A DNA stretch of 64,000 bases, from the NCBI GenBank assembly GCA_017889725.1, contig JAGGAE010000001.1:46692-110691 (forward strand), written 5' to 3'. The DNA is from Bacillota bacterium (GTDB taxonomy: Bacteria; Bacillota; Negativicutes; Sporomusales; CTSoil-080). The translations under genes and the position numbers were made by a program. How positions within the stretch are numbered: the first letter of the stretch is position 1; each line of letters starts with the position of its first letter. Under the pieces are notes generated by a model. That model was not told where the DNA came from and made no database searches. It saw only the letters and a program-made list of their open reading frames with translations. Below, piece after piece: positions 55,561 to 63,359 of the stretch.

Positions 55561-57318
55561 ATGCCAATTCCGGAAAAAATGTTCGAAAGGCTTAAAAATG
55601 CCCCGCCGTTAAAGAAAACAGGACTACAGGGAGCACGGCAAAATCTATCAATTGCAGCGAGAAAAACACCAAAAGTTTCGTATGATGGGGAAATCACGGA
55701 ACGGATAATTTCTACTTCTGTACGCCAGACGCCGGTAAGAGTTTATCAGCCGCAGGGAGAAGCCTCTTTGCCGGTAGTGGTTTATTTTCATGGCGGCGGT
55801 TTTGTAATGGGCGATCTGGAACTTATGGATCACGTTTGTCGAATCATTGCGAACGCTGTTGGGTGTGCAGTTGTAAACGTTGAATATGGTTTGGCTCCCG
55901 AATATAAATTTCCCGGAGGGCTCGAAGAATGTTACGAAGTGGTAAAGTGGGTTCATGATAATGCCGCTTTGCTACGTTTTGATCCTGATAATATCGTAGT
56001 GGCCGGAGACAGCGCGGGTGGTAATTTCGCTACCGCCGTTTGTTTGTTGGCTAAACAACGAATGGAATTTTCATTGGTGCACCAGGTATTATTTTATCCT
56101 GTAGTAGATTTTACCATGGACAATGCTGCGAAATTTGAAGGTTTACCAGAGGTCATGCTTAACGCTGAGGACTTAAGCATCATGGGAAAACTCTATTTTG
56201 CCAGCGAGAGTGATAAAAGTCGACCGGAGGCCTCGCCACTATTAGCTCCCAGCCTGGCTGGGCTGCCGCCTGCCACGGTTATTACAGCCGGGATTGATCC
56301 CTTAGGGAAGGAAGCCCTCTTGTATGTGGAGCGGCTGAAAGCGGAAAATATTCCTGTCGAGCATAAACATTTCCCGGAAATGGTCCATGCCTTTTTAGGT
56401 TTTGCCGGTATAATTCCGGAAGCAGTGGGGTACTTATGTCGGTATCAAAAGCGGCTAACGGATAATTTTTTTAATAAAATGATATTGAATAATATTCTTG
56501 TGGTTTATCCGGCCTTATCCTTTCTAAGCTTCTGGGTATTGCCTCTGACCGTGGCGCTGATCTGGTTGCCGGTATTGGGGTTGGCCATGGGCTTGATTCC
56601 AGGCGTGGTAGCCTATTTTGTCGCCGAACGTAAGTATGCCGGAGATTTGGAGCGCGGCAGTTATGTTATGTCGGCGATTTTGTCTAATTTGGGCACGCTT
56701 GGCGGCTTGTGTGTGTTTTTATTATATGGAGAGACGGGATACGCCTATCAGCAGTTAGTCACTTTGTTTCAATATATATTAATGTTTGCCTTTTGCTATC
56801 CCTTGGCCCAGTTTTACTATGAACGGGCGCAAGGGGGGGATGCAAAGGGGCGCATTTCGATAAAAGCCGTGCTTTTTAGCCGTAATCAGTTGGCAGTCCT
56901 CGGTATCTTTTTGGGAGCGGTGCTAAACATGGCTCATATAAGCCGGCCTGCCATATTAGGTCTGGTGTTTAACCCGCTGGTTCATTTAGGTGCGTGGACG
57001 GCTCTTATTCCTGTAGGGTATTCTATTGATATAGGTAAACTCAGAGAGTATTTCAAGGGAATTGTCGATTTGGCATTGATTAAATTTCTGGTCACGCCGA
57101 TATGTGTTTATGGTTTGGCGAAATTGCTTATTAACGATCCAATCATGATTAACACTCTGCTGGTGCTGGCTTGTATGCCTACGGCGATAAATGCGGTAAT
57201 CACGGCGCGTATTTATCGGCTTAACCTGCACATTCCTGTAGCGGCGTTTATTTTGACAACCATAGTTTTCCTATTATTGGTGTACCCGCTGCTGTTTTTG
57301 TGGCTTGCGCCAGCGTAA
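55561..57318 (+). CDS. Fusion of an HSL-family alpha/beta-hydrolase (esterase/lipase) with an AEC-type (auxin efflux carrier family) membrane domain
   Basis: Esterase motifs HGGGF, GDSAGG and a late His (MVHAF). From MILNNILVVYP... there are about 8 hydrophobic helices ending in the AEC-like LVLACMPTAINAVITARIY. The ATG at 55561 has an AAGGAG SD. Confidence 0.7.
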   Translation: MPIPEKMFERLKNAPPLKKTGLQGARQNLSIAARKTPKVSYDGEITERIISTSVRQTPVRVYQPQGEASLPVVVYFHGGGFVMGDLELMDHVCRIIANAVGCAVVNVEYGLAPEYKFPGGLEECYEVVKWVHDNAALLRFDPDNIVVAGDSAGGNFATAVCLLAKQRMEFSLVHQVLFYPVVDFTMDNAAKFEGLPEVMLNAEDLSIMGKLYFASESDKSRPEASPLLAPSLAGLPPATVITAGIDPLGKEALLYVERLKAENIPVEHKHFPEMVHAFLGFAGIIPEAVGYLCRYQKRLTDNFFNKMILNNILVVYPALSFLSFWVLPLTVALIWLPVLGLAMGLIPGVVAYFVAERKYAGDLERGSYVMSAILSNLGTLGGLCVFLLYGETGYAYQQLVTLFQYILMFAFCYPLAQFYYERAQGGDAKGRISIKAVLFSRNQLAVLGIFLGAVLNMAHISRPAILGLVFNPLVHLGAWTALIPVGYSIDIGKLREYFKGIVDLALIKFLVTPICVYGLAKLLINDPIMINTLLVLACMPTAINAVITARIYRLNLHIPVAAFILTTIVFLLLVYPLLFLWLAPA

Positions 57319-57327
57319 GAAATGTAT

Positions 57328-57368
57328 CTGCTCCCTGCACTCGGCTATGAGATGCAGGGAGCAGTTTT
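57328..57368 (+). terminator. Rho-independent terminator
   Basis: 12-bp stem ctgctccctgca / tgcagggagcag followed by ttttg. Confidence 0.6.
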
Positions 57369-57382
57369 GTTTGGCCGGGTAT

Positions 57383-57643
57383 TTAAGCTTTGCCTGGGCC
57401 GGGACTGAACATTCTTACCAGCCATAAAAGCACAACGGCTCCGAGAGTGCTGGAAATTAGGCTGCCAATAAAACCGTAGGCGCTCATGCCAAGTAAGGAA
57501 AGCAGCGATCCGCCGATTAATGCGCCGACTATACCTACAATAATATCCACCCAAAGACCAAAACCATGACCGCGAACGATCTTCCCGGCGAGCCAACCGG
57601 CTACAGCGCCAATGATAAGATACCAAACAACATTACCTATCAC
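57383..57643 (-). CDS. GlsB/YeaQ/YmgE family stress-response membrane protein
   Basis: 86 aa. IIGAVAGWLAGKIVRGHGFGLWVDIIVGIVGALIGG. Confidence 0.85.
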   Translation of the reverse strand: MIGNVVWYLIIGAVAGWLAGKIVRGHGFGLWVDIIVGIVGALIGGSLLSLLGMSAYGFIGSLISSTLGAVVLLWLVRMFSPGPGKA

Positions 57644-57743
57644 GCAAAGACCTCCTTAGATTTAGTTGTTCAATTTTTTGCAGGCAGTATTAGCATATCC
57701 AGAGGGTGCTGAAAATACGCTGGATAAAATGGCAGTTAAAGCA

Positions 57744-57781
57744 AAAAACGACCAAATGCTTTTCAGCATTGGTCGTTTTTG
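57744..57781 (-). terminator. Terminator downstream of the secreted-protein gene
   Basis: Stem aacgaccaaatgct / agcattggtcgtt with flanking A and T runs. Confidence 0.55.
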
Positions 57782-57796
57782 GAATGGTACATGGCA

Positions 57797-58291
57797 TTAA
57801 TAATTTTTATAGTTGGAGGGCGTAGTATTATCACCGTATACTATATTTGGAAGAGAAATTTCCGGGGGAGAGACGGTGATTACTTTGTTTTGGACACCGC
57901 TATTACGAACCTGCATGCTTAGTGTTCCCAGAATCGTGTTGTTTGTACCTACAATGATAACCTGATAATTTATTTGAGTGTCTTTCGTGGTTCGGATAGA
58001 CAGTTTGCCGGAAGAAGCCCCATTCATGACAACCGTTTCACTGCCTGAGGTTTTGACAGTATCGGCTTTTGCATCCCAATCGATTTTAATATAAGCCGGT
58101 TTTGCAATTAAAGATTCTTTGGTTAAATAGCTTAAATCCCAAAATATAGTGGGATTATCAACTTTAACCTCGATATTGACGGTCGCCTGGCTATCGGCAC
58201 CACCGCTTGGAGCGGCCTGAACCTGCGACAGAGAAAGACTTGTCAGTCCGAAAAAAACTACGGCCAGAGTAAAGCGCAAAAGCTTAGCCAT
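57797..58291 (-). CDS. Hypothetical secreted beta-rich protein
   Basis: Signal peptide MAKLLRFTLAVVFFGLTSLSLSQVQA. The ATG at 58291 has an AGGAGG SD. Confidence 0.6.
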   Translation of the reverse strand: MAKLLRFTLAVVFFGLTSLSLSQVQAAPSGGADSQATVNIEVKVDNPTIFWDLSYLTKESLIAKPAYIKIDWDAKADTVKTSGSETVVMNGASSGKLSIRTTKDTQINYQVIIVGTNNTILGTLSMQVRNSGVQNKVITVSPPEISLPNIVYGDNTTPSNYKNY

Positions 58292-58355
58292 TGGTCGAAT
58301 ACCTCCTGAATATGTAAATTTGATACTCTTATTGTACCATAGAGAAGCAGGAAAA

Positions 58356-58405
58356 AACAATTAAGCTTATGTCAATCTTTCTATCTTGACATAAGCTTAA
58401 TTGTT
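58356..58405 (-). terminator. Strong terminator for the 55-aa ORF
   Basis: Perfect 20-bp arms aacaattaagcttatgtcaa / ttgacataagcttaattgtt, 10-nt loop, and a U-run on the minus strand. Confidence 0.65.
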
Positions 58406-58571
58406 ACGTCGATGAACCGGGATGGTCTTGGGGTTCTTTATAGACGGTAATAGCCGGGCGAATGCCAAGTTGCTCCAGTCTGGCAATTTTTGCTTTTGTT
58501 TCCGGATCGGTAGAAGCGCCTGCAAGAACACTGTCTTGCAGAAACTCTTCGTAATGTGGGGCTTCGTGCAT
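58404..58571 (-). CDS. Small hypothetical protein, 55 aa (below the ORF-track cutoff)
   Basis: Hand translation: MHEAPHYEEFLQDSVLAGASTDPETKAKIARLEQLGIRPAITVYKEPQDHPGSST. A GGGAGGTG SD lies 5 nt upstream and the terminator starts at the stop codon. Confidence 0.5.
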   Translation of the reverse strand: MHEAPHYEEFLQDSVLAGASTDPETKAKIARLEQLGIRPAITVYKEPQDHPGSST

Positions 58572-58867
58572 TAGGCACCTCCCTAGTGATATATTTATGG
58601 GCAGACATAATTTTTAGTTAAGCAGGGTAGATATACATTAAATGGTGGATGTATTCTATTTTGCGATTGGCGATAGTAGTATTTTAATCCGCGGGGCTGA
58701 TAGTCCAGAGAGCCGATGAAATCGGAAACTCCAGGCGCCAGGTGAAAGGTGCGCGAGGCTTTCAGCCTGATGTATCAACCCCTCACCATTATTTTGTACA
58801 AAAGAGGGCAACTTCATTACTTGGAAATTATTTCTTTTTAGTAAAAAAGGTTTAGGAGGAGAGGATT

Positions 58868-59701
58868 GTGGTTGTTCTAGTTTTCAGTAAGGATCGGGCG
58901 ATGCAACTGGAGGGGCTTTTGGCCTCTTTGTTTCTTCATTGCCGGGAGCAAGAGGAGATAAAGATCATTGTGCTGTATACTTGCTCTCATGAAGAAACGA
59001 AAGGGAAATATAAGGAAATAATGGAGAATTATCCTCGAGTACTATTTTGGGAAGAACTTAATTTTTTTATACAGGTTAGGGATGTTTTGAAACAAAGTCC
59101 ATTTGTATTGTTTTTGGTAGATGATACACTGTGGGTGGGCGACTTTTCGCCGAGCGTATTAAAAAGTTTACTTAGCACCAGCCCTCAGGCCGCAGGCATT
59201 TCTCTCAGACTGGGAAAGAATATTACTTATTGTTATCCCCTTGACCGGCCTCAGGCGTTGCCTTTCTGTATAACACAGAGAGAGGGCTTTCTGCTTTATG
59301 ACTGGCTGTCGGCTTCTTTGGATTTTGCTTATCCGTTGGAAGTTTCCAGTTCCTGTTACCGGACGCAAGACATTTTGGCAGTGCTGCAAGAATCTGTTTT
59401 TAAGAATCCGAACGAATTAGAGGGGCTTCTTGCGAATTTCGTCGTACGGCTTCTTCCTGATAAACGGTTGCTTTTCTGCCCGGAACAATCGCTGGCTTTT
59501 TCCGTTCCTGTAAATAGAGTGCAAAATGCCGTCTCTAACCGGTTTTCTTATCAACCGGATTATGAAGTAGATAAACTGGATGTGAAATTTGCTGAGGGGT
59601 GGCGCATTGATGTGGAAAAACTTAGCGGCTTTGTGCCGCAGTCTTGCCACCAGCCGTTAGAATTGCCTTTTAAAAGAGTTGGGGAAGAGCAGACAAGATA
59701 G
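58868..59701 (+). CDS. Hypothetical GT-A-fold (GT2-like) glycosyltransferase
   Basis: N-terminal beta-strand/helix pattern VVLVFSKDRAMQLEGLLASL and an acidic motif LFLVDDT. GTG start with an AGGAGGAG SD. Confidence 0.5.
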   Translation: MVVLVFSKDRAMQLEGLLASLFLHCREQEEIKIIVLYTCSHEETKGKYKEIMENYPRVLFWEELNFFIQVRDVLKQSPFVLFLVDDTLWVGDFSPSVLKSLLSTSPQAAGISLRLGKNITYCYPLDRPQALPFCITQREGFLLYDWLSASLDFAYPLEVSSSCYRTQDILAVLQESVFKNPNELEGLLANFVVRLLPDKRLLFCPEQSLAFSVPVNRVQNAVSNRFSYQPDYEVDKLDVKFAEGWRIDVEKLSGFVPQSCHQPLELPFKRVGEEQTR

Positions 59702-59703
59702 TT

Positions 59704-62700
59704 TTATTGTTCTGCGGTGACCACTGTGGAGTTATCTTGAATAATTTGGAACAGAAGCTGCTGATAGTCAGCAAGGGTGTCGGTTGTGACGGCATACTCC
59801 GGTTCAACATAACGGGAAAGCTCTATACCAAGTTTTTTCCAAAGATTAACATCCGGGGTGGTTTGGTGGCGCATATGCCAGGCCACCGGCGAGGTTAAAC
59901 GTTTCGCCGGTATTCCGGCAGCCATGGACATGAGGATGGCCCAGTAATCCCACCAGTAAAGACCAAGGCAAAAGCTTTCGTTCGGATAATGGTTGATAGC
60001 GTTCTTATCAAAAAATATATAATCAAAGCCGCCGTCGTGACAGATGCCGTCTTTTAAATTTATAGAATCGGTATGGAGACAAGAGCCGAAGATGATTGAG
60101 TTCGTTCCCTCACGAAGAACTAAGTCTTTAATTTCAGGCTTGAAGATAATATCTGCTTTGACAATGCCGACTAGGGAAGTGGGCTGATTAGAGCAGCAGG
60201 ATACAAGTTCATGAAAATACACATAGGTTTTGCCATAGCGGGAGGCAGCATCGCGGGCGCAGGGACAAAACTCAATGTCAGGAAAAGACGGGGATAATTG
60301 CTTGATATCGTATGGGGTATTGACGGCGACTACCTTAAAACCTGTTTCCCGCCAGCTTTTTATTGCAAGTTGTTCATTGGACACGTTATCCGGTGATAAT
60401 GAAGTGATAATTGTTATTTCCGGTAGGGGTCGAGCTGGTGCTGGTGTAGGAACTGCGAGGGACAACAGCAACGAGGTAATTTTTTGGCCACAGTTTCGGG
60501 TGAGTTCTAGAGCGGTTTGTTTCGCATCGGCTTCGGCGGTAAGATCGGGACCGGGGTTACAGCTTGCTAAGAGAGGTGCTAGTTTGGCGGCCAGATCTTG
60601 GGCGTCCAGCCGGTTAAATAATGTGCCGTACCGGTACTGCTTGTGGATATCCAGATCGCTGAGTACAAGCGGTTTGCCTAAGGCCCGGCATTCCTGGACA
60701 ATTAGGCTTAGTCCTTCAAACAAAGAAGGGTGTACAACCAATTGACAGCGCCGAAGCAGTTGGATTTGGTCATGACGGTCTATAAGGCCGAGAATGGTAA
60801 TGCAATCCTCCAAATGCAAACGGGCAATTTCATTGCATAGGTAGGTAAAATAGGCAGGGGCACGATAATCATCGGTCGGACCGGTGCAGACAATATGAAT
60901 ATTTTGGCCGGACTCCTTAAGAAGTGCGGCGGCGCGAAACAGCGTAAGATGGTTTTTATGAATCCAGAACTGGTTGGAGCAGAGGACAAAACGTTCAGGC
61001 AGGTTATACTTTGCCTGGACATCAGCGGGGTTGGCCGTGTACCAGTCGGGTTCCGGCAGGCAACCTGCTTCCAGGACGTAGGTTTGGGCGCTTGACTCGG
61101 GATAAAATTTTTTAAAATCGTTTTCGGCATCCTGGCTATTAAAAACAACAAGTTTGGCTTCGTTAGCAACTTTTTGAAACTGGTATTCCCGTGCCTGAAA
61201 CTCGGAATCCGAAAAAAAATCCGGAAAATATTTATGCTGAAAGTCGGGAATCCAGGAAATGGCTTGGTTAAAGGGGAGAACATCGCTGTTGACAGGGTAG
61301 TAGAAATCAATCAGTGCGAAGAGTTCCGTGTAGTTTTGGCACCATACCGGTTTTTTCCCCAGCGCTTTTTCCAAGGTATCTTCCGGGGCGGTGGGATTAA
61401 CGAATACTACATCGTCAAAAAAGGGCAGCAGGGTTTGGTAGGAATCAAGGTGGACAACGGACTGTGGGGTTAATACTAAATAAAGTTCAGGATGTTCATT
61501 TTTAGGTAAAATTGAGATGGACTTTATTACAGATTCAATGTAAGAGATACCCCCATGCCAATATTTACCACCTGTCAGGGGAATGCCTACACGAATATTG
61601 GCGGTCATAAAAGCACTCCTTTTTTCAGTTTTGGGTTTGGAGAAAGTTGGAGGAGGGCCAAGCAAAGAGGTCAGGGCTTTTTGGATAGAGGCAAGATAGT
61701 TGGCTAAGCTGTACCTCCGGCGAACGGTAGCCAGCGCGCGGAAACTTTCGTCTCTAATCCAGGCGGGAGACTGCTCGGAATAATACAGGGCAGCGTTTTG
61801 AATACTCTCAAGGCTGCAGTCGTCGAGGACATGGGCGCCGCTCTCATCCAGACCGCAATCACGGCTTACGATAGGAACCAGTCCGGCCGACATGGCAGAG
61901 AGTACACTGCCGGACAGACCTTCGGATGCGGAGGGGGCTATTACGTAACAGCACTTTTGTACAAGAGCTTGAAACGTACTGCTGTAGATGTCGACAAAAC
62001 CTATCGGCTTAATGTTAGGAAGCTGAAAAAGTTCTTTGGCATAGACCTGGCAAAACTCCGGTTCTTGTGTAAAAAGGCTGCAGATGTAGAGAGTAAGACA
62101 GGGATTGGCGGAAAATACCTCCAATAAAAGATCAAGTCCCTTAAGGACTTGATTGCGGCTGGCGAGAAACAGAAAGCAATGGGGAGACTTCTGGCTAAAG
62201 TCAGTGGGTGGCGGCAGAAGGTAGCCGGTATTGGCAATGAAAGAAGTTCTGGCGGTTTGGATTTCGCCGAAGGTGTCTAGGGTATGCTGGCTGCCGAAGA
62301 GAAAAAAGCCGTCAAAGGTGTTGGGGGAGGGGTACTGGTATATAGGGTTGGTTTTCGGTGCGAGACGAATGCCGCGGCGGCGGTACAGATTATCCAGGCG
62401 CATTTGTTCCTGGGATAATTGCCAGGTAGGCGATGAGCCGGTGGCAAACAGCACCTGGAGACTGCCGGGATTAAGATGGTCCTGGTACATTTGGCGGTTA
62501 TGCGGTGATATATCTACCACCAAGTCATACATCTTTTGGTCCAGGCATACTGTGTCGTCATCCCAGTTAACCACATCGACATTGTAGTCGAAATCACTGA
62601 GTACTTCCGCCAGTAAGGGAGCGTGCCACTGGTTTTGATGCCAGTGAAGGTTGGTTGTATCGAGGAAAGGCTGGGTAATGTATTTTAAGAGACAACTTTT

Positions 62701-62739
62701 AGAAAAGTTGGTTGCGTTTACATTCTCACACAATCGCAT
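59704..62739 (-). CDS. Tri-modular glycosyltransferase: two GT-B (GT4-like) modules plus a C-terminal WWDYW-motif domain
   Basis: GT-B signatures PSASEGLSGSVLSAMSAGLVPIV and PSLFEGLSLIVQECRALGKPLV. The C-terminal 230 aa is paralogous to the next ORF (FCLGLYWWDYWA). Confidence 0.8.
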   Translation of the reverse strand: MRLCENVNATNFSKSCLLKYITQPFLDTTNLHWHQNQWHAPLLAEVLSDFDYNVDVVNWDDDTVCLDQKMYDLVVDISPHNRQMYQDHLNPGSLQVLFATGSSPTWQLSQEQMRLDNLYRRRGIRLAPKTNPIYQYPSPNTFDGFFLFGSQHTLDTFGEIQTARTSFIANTGYLLPPPTDFSQKSPHCFLFLASRNQVLKGLDLLLEVFSANPCLTLYICSLFTQEPEFCQVYAKELFQLPNIKPIGFVDIYSSTFQALVQKCCYVIAPSASEGLSGSVLSAMSAGLVPIVSRDCGLDESGAHVLDDCSLESIQNAALYYSEQSPAWIRDESFRALATVRRRYSLANYLASIQKALTSLLGPPPTFSKPKTEKRSAFMTANIRVGIPLTGGKYWHGGISYIESVIKSISILPKNEHPELYLVLTPQSVVHLDSYQTLLPFFDDVVFVNPTAPEDTLEKALGKKPVWCQNYTELFALIDFYYPVNSDVLPFNQAISWIPDFQHKYFPDFFSDSEFQAREYQFQKVANEAKLVVFNSQDAENDFKKFYPESSAQTYVLEAGCLPEPDWYTANPADVQAKYNLPERFVLCSNQFWIHKNHLTLFRAAALLKESGQNIHIVCTGPTDDYRAPAYFTYLCNEIARLHLEDCITILGLIDRHDQIQLLRRCQLVVHPSLFEGLSLIVQECRALGKPLVLSDLDIHKQYRYGTLFNRLDAQDLAAKLAPLLASCNPGPDLTAEADAKQTALELTRNCGQKITSLLLSLAVPTPAPARPLPEITIITSLSPDNVSNEQLAIKSWRETGFKVVAVNTPYDIKQLSPSFPDIEFCPCARDAASRYGKTYVYFHELVSCCSNQPTSLVGIVKADIIFKPEIKDLVLREGTNSIIFGSCLHTDSINLKDGICHDGGFDYIFFDKNAINHYPNESFCLGLYWWDYWAILMSMAAGIPAKRLTSPVAWHMRHQTTPDVNLWKKLGIELSRYVEPEYAVTTDTLADYQQLLFQIIQDNSTVVTAEQ

Positions 62740-62756
62740 GAGTTTTCACCAGGCCC

Positions 62757-63359
62757 TCATAGAAGAATATCCTGTGGTTCGAGGTTGATTTTCCGGGCTA
62801 GCTGGTCAAGATAGTTCATCATGTTGTCTTGGGTCAGCTCGATAGAGGGGGAAAAATATTTTGCCAGTGTATTCCCTAACGCCAGCCAGTTTTCTTTATT
62901 CCACGAAGTAGAATGGGTTTCGTGAAGCACAGCGGGGGTAACCACGCGTTTTACTTGCCGCTTTTTTGCAAGTGGTATCAGCACGGCCCAGTAATCCCAC
63001 CAGGGCAAGCCCAAACAGAAATCTTCCGGGGGATAGTCGCTTAATACTTCGCGGTGAAAGAAAAAGTAGTCAAAACCTAACGAATACAGTTTGCCGGTTG
63101 TGGTATCCGGGGCTACTGTGTCGAAGCGGGAGCCAAAGACTAGAGAAGGAGCTGCTTCATGAGCGGCCAGGTGATAGAGCCTGTTATTTATTAAGCGAAG
63201 GTCCGCGTTAATCATACCGGCGGTACGTGCTCCGGTGTCTCGTAATACGGCTAGGCAGTCATTAAAATATATGTAGCTTCGCTGGAACTGAGCGCGGGCA
63301 TCGTGAGTCGCGGCGACAAATTCGATAGCCGGAAAGTTTGCCTTAAGAAAGCGAGCCAA
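62757..63359 (-). CDS. Stand-alone paralogue of the WWDYW domain, apparently lacking its N-terminal strand (possibly decayed or frameshifted)
   Basis: It aligns by eye with residues about 810-1011 of the 1011-aa protein: FPAIEF/FPDIEF, YIYFND/YVYFHE, GFDYFFF/GFDYIFF, FCLGLPWWDYWA/FCLGLYWWDYWA. TTG start. Confidence 0.5.
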   Translation of the reverse strand: MARFLKANFPAIEFVAATHDARAQFQRSYIYFNDCLAVLRDTGARTAGMINADLRLINNRLYHLAAHEAAPSLVFGSRFDTVAPDTTTGKLYSLGFDYFFFHREVLSDYPPEDFCLGLPWWDYWAVLIPLAKKRQVKRVVTPAVLHETHSTSWNKENWLALGNTLAKYFSPSIELTQDNMMNYLDQLARKINLEPQDILL

